Shown in pieces: positions 48,427 to 56,275 of a stretch of 64,000 nucleotides of DNA; position 1 is the stretch's first letter, and each line of letters starts with the position of its first letter. The stretch comes from a virus (Duplodnaviria > Caudoviricetes). The position numbers were made by a program, and so were the translations under genes. Under the pieces are notes generated by a model. It did not search any database. It worked only from the letters and a program-made list of their open reading frames with translations, and was not told the DNA's origin. The stretch covers positions 32,001 to 96,000 of the IMG/VR virus record IMGVR_UViG_3300046615_000261; one strand, given 5' to 3'.

Positions 48427-50166
48427 ATGAGCTCCTCCCTTTATTTCCGCGAACTGTCGATTCGGAACTTCCTCTCGTTCGGCCAGAATGAAACGATCAT
48501 CGATCTGTCTGAGGCCGGTACGATTGAAGTCATTGGACAGAACTTGGACAAGGGCGGCTCGAACGGTTCAGGCAAGACGACGATCATCAACGCGATCTGC
48601 TACGCGTTGTACAACAAGCCGTTCGACAACATCTCGCTTCAGCGGCTGATCAACAGCACGAACGCGACGAAGAACACCTTGATGGAAGTGAAGCTTTCGT
48701 TCGAACGTGCTGGTGACGAGTACGAGATCACTCGTGTTCGTGGTGAGCATTACACGATCCGTCTGACGAAGAACGGTGAAGACATCACGCCAGGTAAGGG
48801 TGTTGCCGAGTGCGATGCCTTGATCGAGAGCGTGATCGGTATCAGCTACGAGTTGTTCACGAAGACGATCATCTTCTCGGGGAACGCGCAAGCTTTCCTC
48901 GAGCTGCCAGTCGCTCAGCAACGTCTGCAGATCGAAGAGCTGTTCAACATCACGTTGCTCTCTGAGAAGGCGAAGGTCCTTCGTGAGAACATCAAGGTCA
49001 CTGAAGGCGACATCAAGGTCCAGAAGGCCGTCGTGAAGCAGCAAGAAGTTGCTGTCGAGCTGTACAAGAAGCACATCACCGAAGCCGAGCAGCGAATCAC
49101 TAAGTGGGATCAGACTCGTCAGAAGGACATCGCCGAGATTGAGAACACTCTGGCAGTGGTCGGTACTGTTGACTTCGAACTGGAGCAGCTCTTGCACGAC
49201 GAGCGCTCGACGCTCGTTCAAGAAGGCGCGTACCTGGCTGCGAAGCTTGCTCCTGCCCGCAAGGATAATCAACAGCTTACTGCGGCTGTTGAGAAGCTTC
49301 TCGGCGAACAGGCTCATCTGGCTGACGCGACCTGCCCGTACTGTGCACAGAGTTTCGCCGATGCTCCAGCACGACTGGCAAAGATCGAAGACGAAATTGA
49401 TGTGAAGGGTAAGCTCCTGATCCAGGTCGAGGCTGATGTTCAATCACTGACCGAGAAGGCACGTGAACAGCAAGCGCGTCTGAAGGAAGTCGAAGCCGGT
49501 ATTCAGCACTCGAATCTGAACGAGCTCCTGTCTGCCCGTGAGAATGCATCTGTCCTTCGCACGAAGATGAACGATCTGAAGAACGCCGTGAATCCTCACG
49601 TCGAAGCTCTGGAACGCCTGCTTGCCGAAGACTGCAAGGAAGCCGATCATGCAAAGGTCGATGCCCTGCACAAGCGGCTCGAGCACATGCAGTTCCTGAT
49701 GAAGCTCTTGACGAACAAGGACTCGTTCCTCCGTCGCCGAATCATCAACAAGACGATTCCGTTCCTGAACGATCGAATCAACGGGTACACCGCTCAACTC
49801 GGGCTGCCACACATCGTTCGATTCGATGCTGACATGAGCTGCACGGTCTCTGAGTTCGGCCGTGAGCTGGACTTCGGTAATCTTTCAGCTGGTGAAAAGA
49901 AGCGAGTGAACGTCGGGCTGGCTCTTGCCTTCCGAGACGTGCTGCATCACATGCACGCGAAGTCGAATCTGATGCTGGTCGATGAACTCGACGGTCAGCT
50001 CGATGGTGGCGGTATTGATGCGGTGATTCGAATCATCAAGGACAAAGCCCGAGACGAAGAGATGTCCGTGTTCATTATCTCGCACCACCCGAACGTGTCT
50101 GGCCGACTGGATCGAACGCTTATCGTTTCGAAACAACATGGCTTCAGTACGATCAGCGACGGCTAA
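48427..50166 (+). CDS. gp46: Recombination ATPase subunit, T4 gp46/Rad50-like
   Basis: Walker A GSNGSGKTT, zinc hook CPYC, signature LSAGEK, Walker B LMLVDE. Confidence 0.93.
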   Translation: MSSSLYFRELSIRNFLSFGQNETIIDLSEAGTIEVIGQNLDKGGSNGSGKTTIINAICYALYNKPFDNISLQRLINSTNATKNTLMEVKLSFERAGDEYEITRVRGEHYTIRLTKNGEDITPGKGVAECDALIESVIGISYELFTKTIIFSGNAQAFLELPVAQQRLQIEELFNITLLSEKAKVLRENIKVTEGDIKVQKAVVKQQEVAVELYKKHITEAEQRITKWDQTRQKDIAEIENTLAVVGTVDFELEQLLHDERSTLVQEGAYLAAKLAPARKDNQQLTAAVEKLLGEQAHLADATCPYCAQSFADAPARLAKIEDEIDVKGKLLIQVEADVQSLTEKAREQQARLKEVEAGIQHSNLNELLSARENASVLRTKMNDLKNAVNPHVEALERLLAEDCKEADHAKVDALHKRLEHMQFLMKLLTNKDSFLRRRIINKTIPFLNDRINGYTAQLGLPHIVRFDADMSCTVSEFGRELDFGNLSAGEKKRVNVGLALAFRDVLHHMHAKSNLMLVDELDGQLDGGGIDAVIRIIKDKARDEEMSVFIISHHPNVSGRLDRTLIVSKQHGFSTISDG

Positions 50167-50169
50167 ATA
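50164..50169 (+). promoter_or_regulatory. Late promoter box TAAATA
   Basis: Overlaps the gp46 TAA; 22 nt before ATG 50192. Confidence 0.65.
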
Positions 50170-50191
50170 GCCGTTATACAATGGACTGATC

Positions 50192-51019
50192 ATGAAACTC
50201 TCCGAAATCAAAGCCCCAAAGAAGGACGAAGTCGTTCGCGACTCACAAGGTCGACCACTGCGTGGTCTCGCCAAGGAACGTGCTCTGCAGCAGCGGAAAC
50301 TCGACAAGAACTTCAAGGACTACGATATCAAGGATCATCGGATCGGGGTCGCAAAGGTCGTGAAGGAAGCAGCAATCAAGGAACTGGACAAAATTGCTGC
50401 CGAGCGCTTCGGCAGCTTTGGGTTCGCTGATCTAGAAGAAGACCAGGCAGCGCGACTGATCTACATCGAACGCGCGAACAAAATCGCTGAAAAGGAGTTT
50501 GGTGAGTTCGGTCTTATGTCATGCAACGCCACTGAAATTGCGCAGATCATTAACGCCAATCCTGCGCTGATTAAGAAGGTGAACGAAGAAGAGCTCGAAT
50601 CAAAGACTGCAGAGGACCTGTGGTCGGAGAACTCGAGCTCTGCCTCGAAGTACATCAGCACGGCGACTTATCAGGTCCGTCCAATCAAGGACAGCAAGCC
50701 AGTGAAGTACGAAGCTTTCTCTGTGATCAGCACGACGCGGAAGCCGTACGGCACGTTCACAGCTGACGAGCTGAACGCAGCCCTGAAGCCGATCCGTCCG
50801 AATCAGACTCCTGACGCTGAAGGATTCACGACGTACATCGACCCTGTGAAGGTCGACGCGTTCCAGTACTCTGGTGACCCAGTGAAGGTTGATCTCGGCA
50901 AGGGTGATATTCAGACAGCCGACGATAGCGACTACATTGTTCGCACTGTTGACGGGAACAACTTCGTGTACCGCATTGAAGAAGCCGGTGACTTTGAAGC
51001 TGGACTGAAGAAAGCCTGA
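50192..51019 (+). CDS. Unknown late protein, MKLSEIK leader
   Basis: Leader; internal duplication KIAAERFGSFG / KIAEKEFGEFG; VKEA and VNEE motifs. Confidence 0.7.
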   Translation: MKLSEIKAPKKDEVVRDSQGRPLRGLAKERALQQRKLDKNFKDYDIKDHRIGVAKVVKEAAIKELDKIAAERFGSFGFADLEEDQAARLIYIERANKIAEKEFGEFGLMSCNATEIAQIINANPALIKKVNEEELESKTAEDLWSENSSSASKYISTATYQVRPIKDSKPVKYEAFSVISTTRKPYGTFTADELNAALKPIRPNQTPDAEGFTTYIDPVKVDAFQYSGDPVKVDLGKGDIQTADDSDYIVRTVDGNNFVYRIEEAGDFEAGLKKA

Positions 51020-51021
51020 TC

Positions 51022-51798
51022 ATGAAACTTGCCGATCTATTCGAGGCAGTCGTCTCCGATTCTGCCCAAGCACTCAAACTTCTTGGTCTCGCATCCGATG
51101 CGTCCATGACCGACGTGAAGGCTTCATACCGCAAGCTTGCGCAAAAGCTTCATCCTGACAAGAATGACGGCAGCGCTGAAGCTACCGAGAAGATGAAGAT
51201 GGTCAATGCGGCGAATGACTTCCTACTGAAGCATGGGTTGTCAAAGGCGACAGCTTCAGCCCAGCCTCCTGCAGAGGATGTGAAGTTCACCAAGGAAGGC
51301 ATCAAAGAGGTCGACGATAAGCTAGAAGTGATTCTTAAGAATCCGGCATGGTTCGACAAGAAGGGCCGCTCAAAGTACATTGGACCAGTTCTTTTTGCAC
51401 GTGAGCGCCTCAAGGTTGCCGAACAGCTGATCGAAATTCTCCCAGCGTACGAAGCTGTCATGAAGAAGATCGTTGCCTCTTGGAAGAATCGTTTCGAGAA
51501 GCCAGAACCTTTCAAGGCTGCAGCGAAGGAATTTGAAGAGTTCTTCAAAGAACATAAGCCAAATGATCTTCAAGCCCTTCTTAATCGCATTGCAAAGAGA
51601 CAGCGCACAGCAGGGTGCACCTACCTTAAGGTGGAAACCCCACTTCGTAACAAGGTCAGCGACGAGCTCAGCGAGATCCTGAGTTCTCGTGAGAAGATCA
51701 AGGAAGCGGTAGTTGCAGTGGACAGAACTCCTGAGCAACGTGAACGTGCTGCGAAGGCTTCTGCTCGAATGAAAGCTCAGTGGGGTTCGACTTTTTAA
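51022..51798 (+). CDS. J-domain (DnaJ-like) protein, MKLADLFEA leader
   Basis: LLGL...DVKASYRKLAQKLHPDKN with intact HPD. Confidence 0.85.
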   Translation: MKLADLFEAVVSDSAQALKLLGLASDASMTDVKASYRKLAQKLHPDKNDGSAEATEKMKMVNAANDFLLKHGLSKATASAQPPAEDVKFTKEGIKEVDDKLEVILKNPAWFDKKGRSKYIGPVLFARERLKVAEQLIEILPAYEAVMKKIVASWKNRFEKPEPFKAAAKEFEEFFKEHKPNDLQALLNRIAKRQRTAGCTYLKVETPLRNKVSDELSEILSSREKIKEAVVAVDRTPEQRERAAKASARMKAQWGSTF

Positions 51799-52673
51799 TG
51801 AAGCTCTCTGAAATCAAACTCTTTGAGGCGCCACTCGCTGACGTCTCGTACCACAAAGCTGCAACGACTGGATCGTTCTCCGCGAGCGACTTGAAGCTGA
51901 TCAAGAAGTACATGGAGAGCGGTCACTACAAGGACAAGCTCAAGGGCCTGCCTTTTGATCTGTACTTGTACATCGTAGACAACGGTGACGAGGGTGCAGC
52001 AGCGGCAGACAGCTATCCTGAGGGTGAAGTCATTCCGTCGATCTGGAAAGATCAGACGCGCAAGCTTTATCACAAGACCGACAGAGAGCGGATTGAGGGT
52101 GGCTATGAGCCTGATCCTGACGGTCTGGACTTCAGCGTTCAGCCATTCCCAGCGATTTTCGCGGCTGTTCGTGAACGAATTCAGAAGAATCCGAACAGCG
52201 TGCACTTCTTGCTTGGCGACAACTACTCAGATGAGCACCAGATGGGTGTGACACCGTGGATCGTCGCGCACAGACTCTGCCATTGCTATTCTGTTGGTGG
52301 CGGTGTGAGCGTCCCGCCTGAGTTGATCGCAGCGTACAAGAAGAAGAAGGGCATTCCAGCAGGCGAAGCGTTCACTGCAGGCTGGAAGGCTCTGCAAGCT
52401 TCACTGACATTCAAGAGCGCAAAGTCGAACAAGCTTATTGAGTCTGAAACCTCCGTCGAAATGAACGCGCAGTTCCTTGTCACTGGAGATATTCCACTTG
52501 ATCTTCCTGCGTACAGCGCGAAACTGAAGGAGCTCAGCGACGTCAGTGGTTTCACTCTGACCGATGATGAAATCGTTCAGCAGACTGAGATCTGGAACAA
52601 TGAAGTTAGCGAGTTCAAGGATCGCTGCAAGAAGGCCGCTGAACGTATTCGCGGCAAAGTGTTCTACGTGTAA
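51798..52673 (+). CDS. Unknown late protein, MKLSEIKLFEA leader
   Basis: TAATG coupling, start 51798; TPWIVAHRLCH motif. Confidence 0.7.
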   Translation: MKLSEIKLFEAPLADVSYHKAATTGSFSASDLKLIKKYMESGHYKDKLKGLPFDLYLYIVDNGDEGAAAADSYPEGEVIPSIWKDQTRKLYHKTDRERIEGGYEPDPDGLDFSVQPFPAIFAAVRERIQKNPNSVHFLLGDNYSDEHQMGVTPWIVAHRLCHCYSVGGGVSVPPELIAAYKKKKGIPAGEAFTAGWKALQASLTFKSAKSNKLIESETSVEMNAQFLVTGDIPLDLPAYSAKLKELSDVSGFTLTDDEIVQQTEIWNNEVSEFKDRCKKAAERIRGKVFYV

Positions 52674-52687
52674 GCTCCGGGGGCTGA

Positions 52688-52693
52688 TAAATA
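52688..52693 (+). promoter_or_regulatory. Late promoter box TAAATA
   Basis: Only 4 nt before ATG 52698, possibly leaderless. Confidence 0.5.
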
Positions 52694-52697
52694 CAGG

Positions 52698-53099
52698 ATG
52701 CAAAGTCCTGTATCCCCGAAGCTCAAATCCAAAGACGTGAAGAAGACACGCCTTGCACTCCTCGAGTCGCAAGGTTTCAAGTGTGCTATCTGTCAACTCC
52801 CATGTGATGAAGAGCAAGCCGTTCTAGATCACTGCCACAAAGGCGGTTGGATCAGAGCGGTCCTGCACCGTGCCTGCAACGCAGCCGAAGGTAAAGTGAT
52901 GAACTCCCTTCGTCGGTACGGTATCAAGGATCCACAGAACTTCTTGCGTGAATTGATGAAGTACCATGAGGTTCATGCTACTAATCAGACCGGGTTGATA
53001 CACCCGCTGCACTTCACTCCTGAAGAGAAGCTCGAGCGCTCGAAGGCGAAAGCCAAGAAAGCTCGGGCGAAAGCCAAAGCTGCTAAGTCAGCACAATAA
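52698..53099 (+). CDS. gp49: Recombination endonuclease VII (Holliday junction resolvase, gp49-like)
   Basis: CAIC...LDHCH...IRAVLHRACNAAEGK. Confidence 0.88.
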   Translation: MQSPVSPKLKSKDVKKTRLALLESQGFKCAICQLPCDEEQAVLDHCHKGGWIRAVLHRACNAAEGKVMNSLRRYGIKDPQNFLRELMKYHEVHATNQTGLIHPLHFTPEEKLERSKAKAKKARAKAKAAKSAQ

Positions 53100-53114
53100 C
53101 TGAAAAGAGACTCT

Positions 53115-53708
53115 ATGACAGAACTTCCGCGCTGGACAGTGCGGCTTAATGCGACACGTCCAACTCCTGACTACCATGACCTGATCGCAATTGTTGCTCA
53201 GCACTATCACACGTACGTGTCTGCTGAGAACTTCCTTGCTCCGTACAACGCACGGGAACGATCGAAGTCTTTTTATACTCCGCCCGATCGTGAAACCCTG
53301 AAGCAGGTCGTGAAACAAGGTGGCATGAATAACGCCTCGTACTTCGCTCTCCTGAACGGCCTGATCAAGTTCTGCGAGACCACAAAAGGCATGCGCGCTC
53401 TTGCTGCTCCCCACCCAAGCACGATCCATTCGATTCAGGTTCCCCAACCTGCGTTTGAGTTGGTCGAGACGGCTCAAGACTGTACAATGGGAACTCATCA
53501 GCTCACTGTGCCAGGTGCTGAACCGATCTATCTGAAAGGCGTCCGCAATCCGGAGTCGATCAGGTTCGTGATCGTTCGCCCGAAGCTCAGTCAGTTGGGT
53601 ACTCCATCAGCCAAGGAGTGGGAAGCATTGCTGTTCAATCAGAACTACGGATACGTTCCGAACTGGGTGGACAGCACGTTGAACACTCGCTGGGCTGGCA
53701 AGTTTTAA
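53115..53708 (+). CDS. Hypothetical protein, possibly TnpB N-lobe-like without RuvC
   Basis: Architecture resembles TnpB WED/REC; weak, by eye. Confidence 0.4.
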   Translation: MTELPRWTVRLNATRPTPDYHDLIAIVAQHYHTYVSAENFLAPYNARERSKSFYTPPDRETLKQVVKQGGMNNASYFALLNGLIKFCETTKGMRALAAPHPSTIHSIQVPQPAFELVETAQDCTMGTHQLTVPGAEPIYLKGVRNPESIRFVIVRPKLSQLGTPSAKEWEALLFNQNYGYVPNWVDSTLNTRWAGKF

Positions 53709-53723
53709 CCTGAAGAACTGACA

Positions 53724-53936
53724 ATGAACGCAAAGATCGCAAAGCAACTCCGTCGTATCGCCCGTGGCATGGTTGTTGCCGCTGAAGCTGAAGCCGCACC
53801 GAAGGGTCCGGAAGCAACTGGCAAACCTCTCTCGATCAAGAAGGTCGCTTACCAGCAGAACCAAAAGGGCACGATCAGCGTGGCGAAGAACACGTACAAG
53901 GGTGCGTACAAGGCGCTGAAGGCCGGCACTCTGTAA
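53724..53936 (+). CDS. Small basic hypothetical protein
   Basis: MNAKIAKQLRRIAR...; Lys-rich. Confidence 0.7.
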   Translation: MNAKIAKQLRRIARGMVVAAEAEAAPKGPEATGKPLSIKKVAYQQNQKGTISVAKNTYKGAYKALKAGTL

Positions 53937-53939
53937 CTC

Positions 53940-54410
53940 ATGGGCAAGATCAAGAATAATTCGATTCCGGTCGGATATCAGATCCAAGTTCAATCGTGGG
54001 AAGGTGACGCAGATCGCTACCACACGTGTACCCTGAGCGGGCTGACCTCTCACGAGGTCGACTTTATCGCGTTCATCGTTCGACACTTTCGATCGGTGAA
54101 CGCGATGACCAAGCCTGGCCTTGGGAACATGTACGTTCATGGTTGGCAGTTGAAGCAACTGATCGACGAAGCGACCGTGAAGTTCGGCGTGCCGCAATCG
54201 CAGAGCATGCAGTACTTCGTGTTCGACGAAGAAGATGAGTACAAGGAAGATCACGCGTACAGCATGATCAGCACGCTGCTCGGCGAGGTCCAGTACACTG
54301 GCGACTACTCCGGGTATGCGCCCGATAAGCACTTCTGCCGCGTGTTTGATCTATTTGTGGTGTACGAGTACGAAGCTCCGGTCAAGGACGTTACGAAGCG
54401 ATTCACCTGA
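53940..54410 (+). CDS. Hypothetical protein (156 aa)
   Basis: Contiguous ORF. Confidence 0.7.
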   Translation: MGKIKNNSIPVGYQIQVQSWEGDADRYHTCTLSGLTSHEVDFIAFIVRHFRSVNAMTKPGLGNMYVHGWQLKQLIDEATVKFGVPQSQSMQYFVFDEEDEYKEDHAYSMISTLLGEVQYTGDYSGYAPDKHFCRVFDLFVVYEYEAPVKDVTKRFT

Positions 54411-54430
54411 TCCGCCTCCGGGTGTATAAT
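54402..54430 (+). promoter_or_regulatory. Sigma70-like promoter
   Basis: TTCACC-17 nt-TATAAT. Confidence 0.55.
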
Positions 54431-54452
54431 GCCACATCACCTGGAGGTTTCT

Positions 54453-54965
54453 ATGGACATGCGTGATTCGAGTTGGTACCGTGGGTGCACCAAAGCACGG
54501 CGTGGTTTTGGTGCACGTCGCTTGGAGCTGATCGAAAAGCTCTGGGAAGAGCAGAACCTGCTCACGCACCTGATCATTCAGGGTCAGGCTTCTGGCCGCA
54601 CGCCAGCAGAGCTGGAGCTGGTCAAGAAAGGCATCGACGCGCTCAGGGTCGAGCTCGATGAGATCACGCTTCCGAAGGACGTGCGCTCGAAGCGCGAGAT
54701 CTGGATCGAGGAAACTCAGCTCCAGCGGAACGTCGCGAACCTTCCGAAAATCTCTGACGCTGCTCTCGGCGCAGAGTACGATCGTGATCTCGAAGAGCGG
54801 GTCTGGGCGAAGAAGATCCGCAAAGAGCGAAAGACCGATCACCCGGGCGGCGAGCTCGGGCTGATCGCAGATGGCATCCTCGGAGATCGCAAAGTACGTG
54901 AAGTGCTCCTTGGCGATATTCCGTTCGGCGTTCACCGTGACAAGACCGTACAAACTAAGCGCTAG
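54453..54965 (+). CDS. Hypothetical helical protein upstream of the polymerase-like gene
   Basis: SD GGAGG, ATG 54453 (MDMRDSSWY); the ATG at 54429 lies inside the -10 box. Confidence 0.7.
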   Translation: MDMRDSSWYRGCTKARRGFGARRLELIEKLWEEQNLLTHLIIQGQASGRTPAELELVKKGIDALRVELDEITLPKDVRSKREIWIEETQLQRNVANLPKISDAALGAEYDRDLEERVWAKKIRKERKTDHPGGELGLIADGILGDRKVREVLLGDIPFGVHRDKTVQTKR

Positions 54966-56190
54966 AACGCTCCTTCACCCTCAGCACCCGCTGCACTGGA
55001 CTCGGTTCTGGCCGGACCTGCAGCGGTTGCATCGGACGCGCGTCGAAGCTCGCCAAGACCTTGTGCTCTGGCTGGCGAATCTGTACCACGGCGCGATCCA
55101 CTGCGGGAAACCGCTCGGCTTCTGCTCGATCCAAGTTCGCTTGATGGACCTCCGCGAGTGGGTCCGCGACTACAAACCCGCGCTCGATCATTTCTTCGAA
55201 GTGAAGCAGCTCGGTTTCCATTTCGACGAAGACAACACCGAGCTCACGACCCTCGTTCCGAGGAAGCTCCCGCCTGAGGAGCTGAACATCGTGGGCGAGA
55301 CGGCCGAGTCCCTGAGGTACGAGCCTCCGGTGGTGCCGGTGCACTCCGTTATTTCGAAGGTGTACCTATCACCGGGGCTGGACCATAAGAGCCTGGTGGC
55401 CCGGGTGTTGGTCCATGGCCGCCCTGAGCTCGTACCCCAGTTGAACTGGCTCCTGAAGCAGGGGCAGACCGAGCTGAACTTCCATTTCCAGCCGAGCGGG
55501 AAGCTAAAGCAGCGGGACACGAGTGTCTGGCCGATCGCTGCAATCGAGACGTGGCCGTCCTGGCTGCGTGAAGAGCTGTTCGGCCCCGGGATCGATCTCG
55601 ACTCGGCGTACGTGCAGTTCCTGATGCACCACCTGAAGGTCGTGTTCAAGGGTCGAGACACGCTGATGCAGACCCTGTTCCCAGACTTGATTCGACTGCT
55701 GGAAGACAAGGAAAATTTCCGCAAGGAATTATGCACACAAGTTCTCCAGCGGCCGTACAACGAGAAGTACCGATCGCTGATCAAGCAGGTCGTGATGAGT
55801 CTGGCGAACGGTTCGAAGATCAGCCCGGCCCTGCTCACGAACGGAGGCGGGTTCAGCCTGACTGCTGAACTGATCGTCGATGCTGCTCCGGACGCGACGA
55901 TCTCGGACTTGACAGCAATTGGAGAACGACTGAAACGGATCGCAGATCAGTTCGCTTCGGCTCGACGGTACGCATGCATGGATCTGCTGAAAAAATCGCC
56001 AACGCGGAAAAACGTGAAGCAGGTTTTTAGCGGGTATTTTTCGTGGGAAAGAAAAGCGCGGTACGCGTTATGGGAAGAAGTCGGGCGGCACGGGATCATG
56101 GTTCATGACGGGCTGGACGGGGTCCCGAAGGATCAGCTCGCCCGTCTTCCGGAGTTGATCAAGAGCCTGGATCTGAAGCTGACCGCGTAG
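54871..56190 (+). CDS. Small superfamily-A / T7-RNAP-like nucleotide polymerase
   Basis: Motif A GIDLDSAYVQF, motif B RSLIKQVVMSLANGSK, motif C MVHDG; start codon uncertain. Confidence 0.65.
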   Translation: MASSEIAKYVKCSLAIFRSAFTVTRPYKLSARTLLHPQHPLHWTRFWPDLQRLHRTRVEARQDLVLWLANLYHGAIHCGKPLGFCSIQVRLMDLREWVRDYKPALDHFFEVKQLGFHFDEDNTELTTLVPRKLPPEELNIVGETAESLRYEPPVVPVHSVISKVYLSPGLDHKSLVARVLVHGRPELVPQLNWLLKQGQTELNFHFQPSGKLKQRDTSVWPIAAIETWPSWLREELFGPGIDLDSAYVQFLMHHLKVVFKGRDTLMQTLFPDLIRLLEDKENFRKELCTQVLQRPYNEKYRSLIKQVVMSLANGSKISPALLTNGGGFSLTAELIVDAAPDATISDLTAIGERLKRIADQFASARRYACMDLLKKSPTRKNVKQVFSGYFSWERKARYALWEEVGRHGIMVHDGLDGVPKDQLARLPELIKSLDLKLTA

Positions 56191-56234
56191 GCGCGAATTT
56201 AGAGGCATTAGGTGGCAGATAGCGGCCGGTTCCG

Positions 56235-56240
56235 TAAATA
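56235..56240 (+). promoter_or_regulatory. Late promoter box TAAATA
   Basis: 35 nt before ATG 56276. Confidence 0.65.
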
Positions 56241-56275
56241 CGGCTGCTATCCTCACAACATTACCGGACACCACA

